Shown in pieces: positions 1 through 13,100 of a stretch of DNA of 64,000 nucleotides. Position 1 is the first letter of the stretch. Each line of letters begins with the position of its first letter. Made by a program: the position numbers and the translations under genes. This DNA comes from Mobula hypostoma. Its lineage: Eukaryota. A model generated the notes under the pieces. That model did not search any database and had not been told where the DNA came from. It saw only the letters and a program-made list of their open reading frames with translations. Location: contig NC_086097.1 of assembly GCF_963921235.1 (NCBI RefSeq), positions 180,732,001 to 180,796,000 of the forward strand, written 5' to 3'.

Positions 1-177
1 AGACACCCTGAGCCAATAGACTGGTCCTGGACTTATTTTCCATCTGGCATACTTTGCATTTTGTTGTTTGATTGTTTGTGGTTCTTGTATTGCTATACTT
101 ATGCTCTATTCTTGATTGGTGCAGCTGTGATGAAACCCAATTTCCCTTGGGATAAATAAAGTATATCTATCTATCTG
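1..177 (+). mobile_element. 3' end of a Rex1/Babar-type LINE, truncated by the window edge
   Basis: Begins agacaccctgagccaatag, matching the ORF end (GGSDTLSQ*) of the minus-strand element at 36295-37015; ends AATAAA plus a (tatc)n tail. Confidence 0.7.
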
Positions 178-699
178 AAGAAATAAATAATAAAGACATG
201 AAAAGAATATTTGTTTGTGTGTTTTTAGTTGAGGAAGATTGTGTTTGTCTATTATGATTACAGTACTTAGATGAAGATCAGACCACATTTTATAAGTAGT
301 TAATGTGGAAAATCGGATAATTGCAAAGGTCTCACAAACTTTTTCTTGCAACTATATCTGTACGAATAAGATCACCCCTTATTTTTCTTATATCCAAGGA
401 ATACAGATCTGAACTAGTTAGTCTCTCTTGGCAGGACAATCTTCTCATGCCAGGAACTAGCCTCCAAAACTACTATATCTGTTCTTAGGCAAGGGACCCA
501 AACTGCATTAAATATATCATGTGTGGCCTCGCTAACGTCCTGTACACACGGAACAATACCTCCTTGTGCTTAAATTCTAACTCCTTTGCAGTACACCATT
601 TCCCCTTTTAGCTGTTTGCTGTACTGCTGTGTGTTTGGGAAGGGGAACAATGGGAATATGGATCATTAGAAGTTGGAAAACTTAAATTTCAGGATGTCT

Positions 700-1370
700 C
701 AGATTCACCTTTAACCTATGCCCTCTACATTTAAACACCCCTATCCTGGGATAGATTCTGGCTACCTACCCTATCCATGCCTCTCAGAATGTCATAAACC
801 TGCCCCTATTTGTCACCTTTCAACCTGCCTCACTCACAGACCCAGCCTATAAAATCTCTCCAACTCAGACCTACCAATCCAGGCAACATGCTTGTGAATC
901 TTTTCTACAATTTCCCTCTTCAGTTTAATTATAACCTCCCTGTGTGTGCTGATCAGAACTGCACTTCCTACTCCAAGTGTGGCCTATCAATGATTTGTAC
1001 AGCTGTAATACAACACCCAATACTCGATACCACCACCAATGAAGGCAAGCATGTTTTATGCCTTTCTTGGTATTTTGGCTTTCAGGGAACTATGTACCTG
1101 TGTCCCCAAGTTTCTCTGTTCTACATTACTCCCCATGGCCCTGTCATTCACCGTATCTCTTGCCCTGGTTTAACTTCCCAAGATACATTACTTCGTACTT
1201 GTCTGAGTTAAGTTCTATCACCTATTTCCTTGCCCTCTTTCCTAGTTAACATATATCCTGTTGTGACAACCTCCACTGTCCACAATACCACCAATTTTGG
1301 AGTCATCTGCTAACTTACGAATCATTCCATTAATATTCTCATTCATATCATTGATTTGATGATGAAAGAT
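700..1370 (-). mobile_element. Decayed CR1 LINE RT/3' fragments
   Basis: Minus ORF 1242-1490 contains INDMNENINGMIRKLADDSKIGGIVDS (degenerate CR1 FADDTK region). Confidence 0.6.
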
Positions 1371-2027
1371 CCAACAGCAACCCTTGAAGAAACAGAACCT
1401 GCTGCCACCAACTAGTTGAGCCCATCCAAGGGTGCTGTCTACTTCACCCTTGACCATGAATGCCCTCAGAAATGGTTGAACAAGCCACAAGGCTCCAGAG
1501 TATATTGTTACAATAAACTACCCTTAAATACTGATCTCCCTTTTCATACTGAGCAACAACCCGAGCCCCTCCAGTTTTTCCCTCCCACAGTGACTTCAAG
1601 CATCAGATAAATTCTCTAGCAACAAACAAGATGCTGAAGGGACCCAGTGGGGGGAGTGTGTGGATATTAGGCAGATGGAGTGGGTGCAGGTTGGGAAGGA
1701 GGCAGGATGGATGGTGTGGGTGGAACTGGGTAAATCATGAGTGTGAGAAAGGGGTGGGAGGGTAAGCAGGCTAACCTGAAATTGAAGAATTACCTCACCC
1801 TGGCAGTGGAGGAAGCTGAGGACAGATCTGCCTTAAATTATTCTGACATCCAGTCTGGCAGTGGCAGAGCAAACATGTGTCATCAGATATTTGAGACCAA
1901 ATCTGCTCCTTCAACCCCTCAGCCACCTCCTGCATGTCCATCCTTCTGGGCACCTGAAACCTAACCCATACGTACCTGTACCTGGCATCATTCTGTCCTG
2001 TGCCTGTACTTGATAGGTTCTCATTAC

Positions 2028-2245
2028 GGGGGTGTCATGGTAGCACAGCAGTCAGCATAACACTATTACAACACCAACAACCTGGATTCAATTCCTGTCC
2101 CTGTAAGGAGCTTGCACGTTTTCCCATGTGGGTTTCTTCCAGGTGCTCCAGTTTCCTCCCATGTTCCAAAGACATACATAGATTGATTGGTCACATGACT
2201 GTAAATGGGCCGTGCGAGCTTGTTGTAATTCTAAATAAAAAAATA
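2028..2245 (+). mobile_element. tRNA-derived SINE (V-SINE/HE1-like)
   Basis: B-box-like ggattcaattcc and core gtgggtttcttccaggtgctccagtttcctccca, shared with copies at ~8295, ~13660, ~28600 (minus) and ~35520. Confidence 0.65.
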
Positions 2246-2699
2246 AATTAAATATACGGTGATGTTCTCAGATAGTTTTCTGACCAAACTGCATCCCAGA
2301 GGGTTTATGTCCATGATCTTGTCCATAAAACTTGGACCTGGCAGATAGCGAAAGGTCAGTGTAACAGGCTCCTGTAACTTGTAGGTCTTCAAGCTTTTGT
2401 ATCTCTTCCCCGTCAGTAACAAGAAGAGGACATTTGGAGACGGTATCAACTGAAGGTAGTCCCACTGTGCTGTTACAGAATCCCAGGTGATAACCCACTG
2501 ATGGTGAAGAAAGAGCTGATGACACTGGGGCATTGGAACTGACTGTAATGCTTATATGTGGTTCAACTGAACTGGGACAAAAACATTGAGGAAGGTTATC
2601 TTATGCCTTGGGGAGATTTTAAAGCAATCTGCATGGGAAGCAGGTACCAATGTGTTGCATTATAAAGGAAGGCAGTACTGTAACAATGATTTCTATGAA

Positions 2700-3195
2700 T
2701 TACTTGGATGAAGAAGTGGAAGGGTAGGTTATTAAGTTTGTGGAAGACACATATGTTGATTTTGTGGATAGCGTAAAAAGGAGTGGAGGAGATTTACCCG
2801 AATTCTGCCTGAGTTACAGATTTTATCTTATGAGGAAAGGTTGAGTGAGCTAAGAATTTTTTTCTTTGGAGTGAAGGATGAGAGGTGACTTGATATGGAA
2901 ATTGCTAATACAAGAGGACATGAATTTTAGGTGTTTGGAGGAATGCATAGGGCTGATGACAGAAGCATTTTTTTTACAAAGAGTGTGGTGGGTGTGTGAA
3001 ACACACTGCCAGGGTTGGTGGTAAAGGTTTATACATCAGGGAGATTTAAAAGACACTTAGATAGGTAGATGGATCAACATAAAATGGAGGGCTACATGGG
3101 AGGGAAACATTAGATTAATCTTGGAGTTGATTAAAAGGACGGCACAACGCTGTGGGCTGAAGGGCCTGTACTGTGCTGTACGTTTCTATGTTCTT
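2700..3195 (+). mobile_element. Internally deleted, decayed CR1 3' fragment
   Basis: acttggatgaagaagtggaaggg (DLDEEVEG) and 3' end gggctgaagggcctgtactgtgctgta...ttctatgttct, as in the other CR1 copies. Confidence 0.65.
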
Positions 3196-4769
3196 TGTAA
3201 CGGCAGAACTGCACTGCTCCTGCAAAACAACAACCTTTATGTCATGTAAGTCAGTGAGAATAAACCTGACTCTGATATCACTGAACTGGGAATGTCATGT
3301 TATAATAGAGTAAGGAATAGTACAATATTTGAAGTATAAGAGAAGATGAATGTATGAGTGTGTATATATGAAGAAGAGGGATGGGGAGAGGGAGAAATGA
3401 AGTGGGTATGGGAAAAATTAAGGGTAAAACAGGTTACTGAGCTGCAGCCAGTTGGGAAAATAGAGATCAAGCTGAGAAAAGGAAGCACCAGTTGCTCCTG
3501 ATATTCCGAAAAGGTGGGGCATAAATGAACCACTGATGGCAATTATGAAGGAAATTATAATGTTGGAGAGAAAGGACGTTCTTAAGCAATTGAGTTCTAA
3601 ATCCGTACAACCAACAGAAGTGTCAGGACACAGGGAGTGTTGCAAGTGTTATAGGTTGCCAGTTAAATGACAGAAATGAGAAATCAGCAGGGGGATGCAA
3701 TCAATGTACAGCAGTGATAATCTAATCTGTGTAAAGGACAATGAGAAAGAATATTTGGAAGTTAGGAACTTTCTAATCAGTGTTTCCTGTTCTGTGGAGT
3801 TAGATGGGGAGGGTTGTGTGGTGGTACTGGAGAAGCAGCCACTGATCCAGAGAAGATGACTGAATCTCAATATGGCATAGTATGAGAAACAGCGATGATG
3901 AACTACTGGATTGGTGTAAAAACTTAGCTGATTCATCAATGATGACAATTCACTACCCCTATTCTGTCTGGTCTGGTTTGAACTCTAGCCCCAACAACAT
4001 AGTTAACTTTTCACCATCTCCCAGTTCAAGAACAACTAGGGATGGATAATAAAAATAGATTTTTCATGTAAGGTCACAGAGCTGAACAATAAGTCTATCT
4101 CCCTCTTTGCAAATGCAACTGAATGGCTGAGTTTTCTCATTTATAATACAGTAAATGTAGGCATTGTGAGCCCCTGATCAATACAAAGGGGGAGCAGTGT
4201 CAGCAGGGGAACATTTAAGGAACAGTGATCATTACAACATAAGGCTTGGTTCAGGATTGGAAAAGGACAAGTAGAATCAGGAGTAATGGGGTCCATTTTC
4301 AGTGCATTGATATCAACTCTGGCTTGGGTAAACTAGAAACTAAAACTGCATGGAACGTAATAATTGAACAAAAAGCAGTGTTTAAATGGGCATAATATAG
4401 TTGCAGGTTAAGGGTAAGACAACCACAGAAGAAAGCCTAAATAAAGTATGAGGGATGTAAGAAAAATGTATGTAATGTATGAAGAGTGTATGATAGAGGT
4501 CAGTTCGATAAATGGGAACCAGGGGAATGCACAGAGGTTGATGGGGTAGTGCGTGTAACTAAAAGCTAACATAGTGACCATCCTAAGGTCTTCTACAAGC
4601 ATTTACCTGTAAATAGGAACAGGCTAATAAGAGGAAGGGTGAGGGCACTTCAGAACCAAAAATATCAACACATGAAGGCAGAGAACATGGTAGGGGTAAC
4701 AAATTAAGGTCAAAGCCAGAAGCTGTTGAATCCAAAGGTAGAGGCCCAAAGATTACAAAATAGAGAGAG

Positions 4770-5255
4770 TACAAAGAAGATTTACTAGAATGTTACCTGG
4801 ATTTCAGCACTTAAGTTACAGAGAAAGGTTGATCAAGTTGGGTCTTTATTCTTTGGAGTGTAGAAGGTTGAGGGGAGACTTGATAGAGGTGTTTAAAATT
4901 ATGAGGGGGATAGATGGAGTTGACGTGGTTAGACTTTTTCCATTGAGAGTGGGGAAGATTCAAACAAGAGGACATGAGTTGAGAATTAGAGGACAAAAGT
5001 TTAGGGGTAACATGAGGGGGAACTTCTTTACTCGGAGAGTGGTAGCTGTGTGGAATGAGCTTCCAGCAGAAGTGGTGGAGGCAGGTTCGATATTGTCATT
5101 TAACGTAAAATTGGATAGCTATATGGACAGGAAAGGAATGGAGAGTTATGGGCTGAGTGCAGGTCAGTGGGACTAGGTGAGAGTAAGAGTTCGGCACGGA
5201 CTAGAAGGGCCGAGATGGCCTGTTTCCGTGCTGTAATTGTTATATAGCTATATAT
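4770..5255 (+). mobile_element. CR1 LINE 3' end
   Basis: ORF 4790-5176 LYSLECRRLRGDLIEVFKIMRG...TRGH...FFTRRVVAVWNELP is the CR1 ORF2 C-terminus, followed by a 3' UTR. Confidence 0.85.
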
Positions 5256-5259
5256 GATT

Positions 5260-8200
5260 GAGGCTTCTGGATCAGCTGATCTTGAGGTCAAAGGCCTGAT
5301 GTTTGCGAGTCCTAGAGTCTGGAGCTAAGGACTGGGGGCCTGTCTGTCAGTGTGTGAGTGGGAAAGGGGCTTGTTTTGTCTGTCAGTGTGTGGGTGGGAA
5401 AGGGGCTTGTTTTGTCTGTCAGTGTGTGGGTGGGAAAGGGGCTTGTTTTGTCTGTCAGTGTGTGGGTGGGAAAGGGGCTTGTTTTGTCTGTCAGTGTGTG
5501 GGTGGGAAAGGGGCTTGTTTTGTCTGTCAGTGTGTGGGTGGGAAAGGGGCTTGTTTTGTCTGTCAGTGTGTGAATGGGAAAGGGGCTTGTTTTGCCTGTC
5601 AGTGTGTGAGTGGGAAAGGGGCTTGTTTTGTCTGTCAGTGTGTGGGTGGGAAAGGGGCTTGTTTTGTCTGTCAGTGTGTGGGTGGGAAAGGGGCTTGTTT
5701 TGTCTGTCAGTGTGTGGGTGGGAAAGGGGCTTGTTTTGTCTGTCAGTGTGTGGGTGGGAAAGGGGCTTGTTTTGTCTGTCAGTGTGTGGGTGGGAAAGGG
5801 GCTTGTTTTGCCTGTCAGTGTGTGAGTGGGAAAGGGGCTTGTTTTGCCTGTCAGTGTGTGAGTGGGAAAGGGGCTTGTTTTGCCTGTCAGTGTGTGAGTG
5901 GGAAAGGGGCTTGTTTTGCCTGTCAGTGTGTGAGTGGGAAAGGGGCTTGTTTTGCCTGTCAATGTGTGGGTGGGAAAGGGGCTTGTTTTGCCTGTCAGTG
6001 TGTGGGTGGGAAAGGGGCTTGTTTTGTCTGTCAGTGTGTGAGTGGGAAAGGGGCTTGTTTTGCCTGTCAGTGTGTGGGTGGGAAAGGAGCTTGTTTTGCC
6101 TGTCAGTGTGTGGGTGGGAAAGGGGCTTGTTTTGCCTGTAAGTGTGTGGGTGGGAAAGGGGCTTGTTTTGTCTGTCAGTGTGTGGGTGGGAAAGGGGCTT
6201 GTTTTGCCTGTCAGTGTGTGAGTGGGAAAGGGGCTTGTTTTGCCTGTCAGTGTGTGAGTGGGAAAGGGGCTTGTTTTGTCTGTCAGTGTGTGGGTGGGAA
6301 AGGGGCTTGTTTTGTCTGTCAGTGTGTGAGTGGGAAAGGGGCTTGTTTTGTCTGTCAGTGTGTGAGTGGGAAAGGGGCTTGTTTTGTCTGTCAGTGTGTG
6401 GGTGGGAAAGGGGCTTGTTTTGCCTGTCAGTGTGTGGGTGGGAAAGGGGCTTGTTTTGTCTGTCAGTGTGTGGGTGGGAAAGGGGCTTGTTTTGCCTGTC
6501 AGTGTGTGGGTGGGAAAGGGGCTTGTTTTGCCTGTCAGTGTGTGGGTGGGAAAGGGGCTTGTTTTGCCTGTCAGTGTGTGGGTGGGAAAGGGGCTTGTTT
6601 TGCCTGTCAGTGTGTGGGTGGGAAAGGGGCTTGTTTTGCCTGTCAGTGTGTGGGTGGGAAAGGGGCTTGTTTTGCCTGTCAGTGTGTGGGTGGGAAAGGG
6701 GCTTGTTTTGCCTGTCAGTGTGTGGGTGGGAAAGGGGCTTGTTTTGCCTGTCAGTGTGTGGGTGGGAAAGGGGCTTGTTTTGCCTGTCAGTGTGTGGGTG
6801 GGAAAGGGGCTTGTTTTGCCTGTCAGTGTGTGGGTGGGAAAGGGGCTTGTTTTGCCTGTCAGTGTGTGGGTGGGAAAGGGGCTTGTTTTGCCTGTCAGTG
6901 TGTGGGTGGGAAAGGGGCTTGTTTTGCCTGTCAGTGTGTGGGTGGGAAAGGGGCTTGTTTTGCCTGTCAGTGTGTGGGTGGGAAAGGGGCTTGTTTTGCC
7001 TGTCAGTGTGTGGGTGGGAAAGGGGCTTGTTTTGCCTGTCAGTGTGTGGGTGGGAAAGGGGCTTGTTTTGCCTGTCAGTGTGTGGGTGGGAAAGGGGCTT
7101 GTTTTGCCTGTCAGTGTGTGGGTGGGAAAGGGGCTTGTTTTGCCTGTCAGTGTGTGGGTGGGAAAGGGGCTTGTTTTGCCTGTCAGTGTGTGGGTGGGAA
7201 AGGGGCTTGTTTTGCCTGTCAGTGTGTGGGTGGGAAAGGGGCTTGTTTTGCCTGTCAGTGTGTGGGTGGGAAAGGGGCTTGTTTTGCCTGTCAGTGTGTG
7301 GGTGGGAAAGGGGCTTGTTTTGTCTGTCAGTGTGTGGGTGGGAAAGGGGCTTGTTTTGTCTGTCAGTGTGTGGGTGGGAAAGGGGCTTGTTTTGCCTGTC
7401 AGTGTGTGGGTGGGAAAGGGGCTTGTTTTGTCTGTCAGTGTGTGGGTGGGAAAGGGGCTTGTTTTGCCTGTCAGTGTGTGGGTGGGAAAGGGGCTTGTTT
7501 TGTCTGTCAGTGTGTGGGTGGGAAAGGGGCTTGTTTTGTCTGTCAGTGTGTGGGTGGGAAAGGGGCTTGTTTTGTCTGTCAGTGTGTGGGTGGGAAAGGG
7601 GCTTGTTTTGCCTGTCAGTGTGTGGGTGGGAAAGGGGCTTGTTTTGTCTGTCAGTGTGTGGGTGGGAAAGGGGCTTGTTTTGCCTGTCAGTGTGTGGGTG
7701 GGAAAGGGGCTTGTTTTGCCTGTCAGTGTGTGGGTGGGAAAGGGGCTTGTTTTGCCTGTCAGTGTGTGGGTGGGAAAGGGGCTTGTTTTGTCTGTCAGTG
7801 TGTGGGTGGGAAAGGGGCTTGTTTTGTCTGTCAGTGTGTGGGTGGGAAAGGGGCTTGTTTTGTCTGTCAGTGTGTGGGTGGGAAAGGGGCTTGTTTTGCT
7901 GATGCTCTTGTTTTGTTTTGTTGTCATTGCTGCATGTGTTGTTCTTGTTCTGTGTGCTATGTTGATGCCAGAATCTTGCGGGCTGCCTCCATCACATCCT
8001 TGGGGCAATAACAACAAAACAAAATAAGAGAACAGCAGCAAAACAAGCCTGTTACCCACCCTCCCATCCACTGACCCACTCACACACACACACAGAATGG
8101 CTTTCAATCCCAGGACAGGCCCACCTCCGGGCCTTCAGTCCTTAGCTGCAGATTCTCAGATTTGCAAACATTAAGCCTCTTGACCTCTGGACAAGCTGAT

Positions 8201-8280
8201 CCTTGGGTGTGCTGTTGTCAATACATTTCACAGTATGTTTTGATGTACATAGTACAAGTAATTCTGAATCTGAATCTGAA
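5260..8280 (+). mobile_element. Non-coding retroposon hosting the minisatellite, with an inverted copy of its own 5' part at 8005-8198
   Basis: Ends in a (tctgaa)n tail near 8262-8280; 8005-8202 is reverse-complement similar to 5269-5345 plus 7875-7930; ATCCTTGGG direct repeat at 7996-8004 and 8199-8207. Confidence 0.6.
5341..7896. repeat. 36-bp G-rich minisatellite, 71 units (TGYCTGTCAGTGTGTGRGTGGGAAAGGGGCTTGTTT)
   Basis: 2556 bp = 71 x 36 with no indels seen; variation almost confined to two positions (T/C and G/A). Confidence 0.98.
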
Positions 8281-8294
8281 ATTTATATCCCCTG

Positions 8295-8535
8295 TGGCAC
8301 AGCAGCATCCTCGGTGATGCTGCCTCACATGGGCTCCATCCTGACCTCAGGTGCTGTTTTTATGCAGTCCACGCATTCTCCACCCACATCCCAAAAATGT
8401 GCTGCTAGGTTACTTGGCTATTGTAAATTCCTACCTGGTTAAAATAAGGCGCAAAAAAAAAATCAAAAGGGGGTTGATGGGCATGGGAAAGGGAATAGGC
8501 ATGTACCTAATAGCCTGGATGGCCTCTTCCTAGTA
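8295..8535 (+). mobile_element. Decayed V-SINE/HE1-like SINE
   Basis: ggcacagcagc...ctgcctcac...ggctccatcctgacctcaggtgctgt...cccacatcccaaaaa...ggctattgtaaatt. Confidence 0.55.
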
Positions 8536-8789
8536 AATAATTCTTCCAGTTCCTACCAAGCGGAACAAAGATGCAGGCGATATCACAGTAGAAGTGGTAG
8601 TTGAGATACTGAGATGCATTTCTTTAAGAGGATGATATAAGTTCCAGAACAGATGATTTTTAAGTAGCTGAGGGATGTAAATATATAACTTTAAAAGATG
8701 CACAACTGCACAGGTGTGTGGACGTCAGGCAGTGAGAACAGGGAGAAGAGTTTAAAAGGAGACAGCTTACAGAGCAGGCATCAGATGCA

Positions 8790-9114
8790 TCTCACCCTAA
8801 CCATGGACTTTTTACTCTCCTCCCATCCAGTAGGCACGACAGGAGCCTCCGCTCCTGCACCAGCAGGCACAGGAAGAGCTTCTTCCCTGAGGCTGTGACC
8901 CTGCTGAACCTCACATCACAGCACTAAGCAGTATTGCACCCATATTGTACTGTCTCAGTACTTTTATATTTGTGTGCTGTAGCACTTACTTTTTATTCAC
9001 AGTTATTTTGTAAATAACACTATTCTTTGCATTTCTGGTCAGATACTAACTGCATTTCATTGGCTTTGTATCTGTACTCGGCACAATGACAATAAAGTTG
9101 AATCTAATCTAATC
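8790..9114 (+). mobile_element. Rex1/Babar-type LINE 3' end
   Basis: ccatggacttttactctcctcccatccagtaggcac resembles the Rex1 ORF end (HxLFSLLPSGRR); ends AATAAAGTTG plus (aatct)n. Confidence 0.6.
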
Positions 9115-12100
9115 AGAGGAGCGGGTGACAGAGTACGAAGGCTTTGGCTCAATGGGGCTTAGGTGTTAACAAGTCAAGGTGAGCTAGGTTACCTGTGTAG
9201 ATTACTCACAGGAAGAATGTGTGTGAGGCTGGTGTTCTGTGCTCGGTGTCAGATGTGGGAAGTCCGGGAGACACCCAGCCACCTGGATGGCCACATCTGT
9301 GCGAGGTATGTTGAGCTACAGCTCCTTAGGGACCTCATTAGGGAACTGGAGATGTAGCTCGATGACCTTCATCTGGTCAGGGCAAGTGAGGAGGTGATAG
9401 AGAGGAGCTATAGGCAGGTAGTCACACCGGGGCCTGGGGAGACAGATAAGTGGGTAGCAATCAGGAGAGGGAAGGGCAGGAGTCAAAGGCTAGAGAGCAC
9501 CCCTGTGGCTGTACCCCTTGACAATAAGTACTCCTGCTTGAATTCTGCTGGGAGGGAATGGCCTACCTGGGGGAAGCAACAGTGGCCGCGCCTCTGGTAC
9601 AGAGTCTGGCCCTGTGGCTCAGAAGGGTAGGAAAAGGAAGAAAAGGAAAAAGATGCCAGCAGTGATAGGAGACTATAGTTAGGGGATCATACAGGCGATT
9701 CTGTGGACGCAGGAAAGAAGCACAGGTGGTAGTTTGCCTCCAGGTGCCAGGGTTCAAGATGTTTCTGTTCGTGTCCACGATATCCTGAAGTGGGAAGGAG
9801 AACAGCCAGAGGTTCTGGTACATATTGGTACCAACGACATAGGCAGGAAAAGGCAGGAGGTCCTGAAGCAGACTACAGGGAGTTAGGAAGGAAGTTGAGA
9901 AGCAGGACCGCAAATCTCGGAATTACTGCCTGTGCCACGCGACAGTGAGAATAGGAATAGAATGAGGTGGAGGATAAATGCATGGCTGAGGGATTGGAGC
10001 AGGGGGCAGGGATTCAGATTTCTGGATCATTGGAACCTCTTCTGGGACAGGAGTGACCTGTACAAAAAGGATGGGTTGCACTTGAATCCCAGGGGTACCA
10101 ATATCCTGGTGGGGAGGTTTGCTAAGGCTACTGGGAAGAGTTTAAATTAGGATTGCTGTGGGGTGAGAACCCAACTGAAGAGACGGAGGAAGAGGCGGTT
10201 GACTCACAAACAGAGAAAGCCTGGAGACAGTGTGAGAGGGAGGATAGGCAGATGATAGAGAAGGGATGTGCTCAGACCGATGGTTTGAGATGTGTCTATT
10301 TTAATGCAAGGAGCATTATGAACAAAGTGGATGAGCTTAGAGCGTGGATCAGTACTTGGAGGTATGATGTTGTGGCCATTACAGAGAATGGGGCAGAAAT
10401 GGTTATTTAGAGTGCCAGGCTTTAGGTGTTTCAGAAAGGACAGGGAGGGAGGCAAAAGAGATGTGGACGTGGCACTGTTGATCAGAGATAGTGTCACTGC
10501 TGCAGAAAAGGAGGAAGACATGGAGGGATTGTCTATAGAGTCTCTGTGGGTGGAAGTTAGGAACAGGATGGGGTCAATAATTCTACTGGATTTTTTTTGT
10601 AGACCACCCAATAGTAACAGGGACATCAAGGAGCAGATAGGGAGACAGATCCTGGAACAGGGTTGTCATGGTGGGAGATCTTAATTTCCCAAATATCGAT
10701 TGGCATGTCCCTAGAGCAAGGGGTTTAGATGGGGTGGAGTTTGTTAGGTGTCTTCAAGAAGGTTTCTTGACACAATATGTAGATAAGCCTACAAGAGGAG
10801 AGGCTGTGCTTGATCTGGTATTGGGAAATGAACCTGGTCAGGTGTCAGATCTCCCAATGGGAGAGCATTTTGGAGATAGTCTATCTCCTTTACATAGCAT
10901 TGGAGAGGGATAAGAACAGACAAATTAGGAAAGGGTTTAATTGGAGTAAGGGGAAATATGAGGCTATCAGGCAGGAACTTGGAAGCTTAAATTGGGAACA
11001 GATGTACTTAGGGAAATGTACAGAAGAAATGTGGCAAATGTTTGGGAGATATTTGCGTGGAGTTCTGCATAGGTACATTCCAATAAGACAGGGAAAGGAT
11101 AGTAGGGTACAGGAACCGAGGTGTACAAAGGCTGTTGTAAATCTAGTCAAGAAGAAGAGCTTATGAAACGTTCAAAAAACTAAGTAATGATGGAGATCTA
11201 GAAGATTATAAGGGTAACAGAAAGGAGCTTAAGAAAAAAATTAGGAGAGCCAGAAGGGGCCATGAGAAGGCCTTGGCGGACAGGATCAAGGAAAACCCCA
11301 AGGCATTCTACAAGTATGTGAAGAGCAAAAGGATAAGACCTGACAGAATAGGGTCAATCAAGTGTCACAGTGGAAAAATATGTATGGAACCAGAGGAGAT
11401 AGCAGAGGTTCTTAATGAGTACTTTGCTTCAGTATTCACCACAGAAAAAGATCTTGGCGATTGTAGGGATGACTTACAGTGGACTGAAAAGCTTGAGCAT
11501 ATAGATATTAAGAAAGAAGATGTGCTAGAGCTTTTGGAAAGCATCAAGTTGGATAGGTCACCAGGACCAGACAAGATGCACTCCAAGCTAACGTGGGAGG
11601 TGAGGGAGGAGATTGCTGAGCCCCTGGCAATGATCTTTGCATCATCAATGGGGATGGGAGAGGTTCCAGAGGACTGGAGGGCTGTGGATGTTGTTCCATT
11701 ATTCAAGAAAGGGAGTAGAGATAGCCCAGGAAATTATAGACCAGTGAGTCTTACTTCAGTGGTTGGTAAGTTGATGGAGAAGATCCTGAGAGGCAGGATT
11801 TATGAACATTTGGAGAGGCATAATATGATTAGGAATAGTCAGCATGGCTTTGTCAAAGGCAGGTCGTGCCTTACAAGCCTGACTGAATTTTTTGAGGATG
11901 TGACTAAATATATTGATGATGGTAGAGCAGTAGATGTAGTGTATATGGATTTCAACAACACATATGATAAGGTACCCCCATGCAAGGCTTATTGAGAAAG
12001 TAAGGAGACATGGGACCCAAGAGGACATTGTTTTGTGGATACAGAACTGACTTGCCCACAGAAGGCAAAGAGTGGTTGCAGACGGGTCATATTCTGCATG

Positions 12101-13100
12101 GAGGTCAGTGACCAGTGGTGTGCCTCAGGGATCTGTTCAGGGACTCCTACTCTTTATGATTTTTATAAATGACTTGGATGAGGAAGTGGAAGGGTGGGTT
12201 AGTAAATTTGCTGATGACACAAAGGTTGGGGGTGTTGTGGGCTGTCAGAGGTTACAGCGGGACATTGATAGGTTGCAAAAATGGGCTGAGAAGTGGCAGA
12301 TGGAGTTCAGCCCAGATCAGTGTGAGGTGGTTCATTTTGGTAGGTCAAATATGATGGCAGAATGGAGTATTAATGGTAAAACTCTTGGCAGTGTGGAGGA
12401 TCAGAGGGACCTTGGGGTCCGAGTCCATAGGACACTCAAAGCTGCTACGCAGATTGACTCTGTGGTTAAGAAGGTATACGGCGCATTGGCCTTCATCAAT
12501 CATGGGATTGAGTTTAGGAGCCGAGAGGTAATGTTGCAGCTATATAGGACCCTGGTCAGACCCCACTTGGAGTACTGTGCTCAGTTCTGGTCGCCTCACT
12601 ATAGGAAGGATGTGGAAACCATAGGAAGGGTACAGAGGAGATTTACAAGGATGTTGCCTGGATTGGGGAGCATGCCTTACGAGAATGGGTTGAGTGAATT
12701 CGGCCTTTTCTCCTTGGAGCGGTGGAGGATGAGGAGTGACCTGATAGAGGTGTATAAGATGAGAGGCATTGATTGTGTAGACAGTCAGAGGCTTTTTCCC
12801 AGGGCTGGAATGGCTAGCATGAGAGGGCACAATTTTAAGGTGCTTGGAAGAAGGTACAGAGGAGCTGTTAGGGATAAGTTTTTTATGCAGAGAGTGGTAA
12901 GTGCATGAAATGGGCTGCTGGCGATGGTGGTGGAGGCAGATACAATAGGGTCTTTTAAGAGGCTCCTGGACAGGTACATGGAGCTCAGAAAAATAGAGAG
13001 CTATGGGTAACCCTAGGTAACTTCTAAGGTAAGGACATGTTCGGCACAGCTTTCTGTGCCAAAGGGCCTGTATTGTGCTGTAGGCTTTCTCTGTTTCTAT
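9115..13100 (+). mobile_element. Near full-length CR1 LINE, frameshifted (ORF1 zinc finger + SGNH esterase; ORF2 APE endonuclease + RT)
   Basis: CARCQMWE; DGLHLNPRG; YFNARSI, VVAITE, GDLNFP; SPGPD, GNYRPVSLTS, SQHGF, VYMDF, GVPQGS, FADDTK, RPHLEYCAQFWSPHY; CR1 3' tail. Confidence 0.93.

Noticed and set aside
3300..3950. Possible very old Penelope remnant on the minus strand (EQETLIRKF)
   Set aside because: Too degenerate to support from sequence alone
5341..7896. 36-bp repeat as a CRISPR array
   Set aside because: Units are contiguous with no unique spacers, there are no cas genes, and the context is eukaryotic
5303..8107. 902-aa Cys-rich (CFVCQCVGGKGA)n and 931-aa mucin-like (KTSPFPTHTLTG)n ORFs
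   Set aside because: A 36-bp unit lacking stops opens several frames on both strands at once; the array lies inside a retroposon, with no evidence of splicing or codon-level selection
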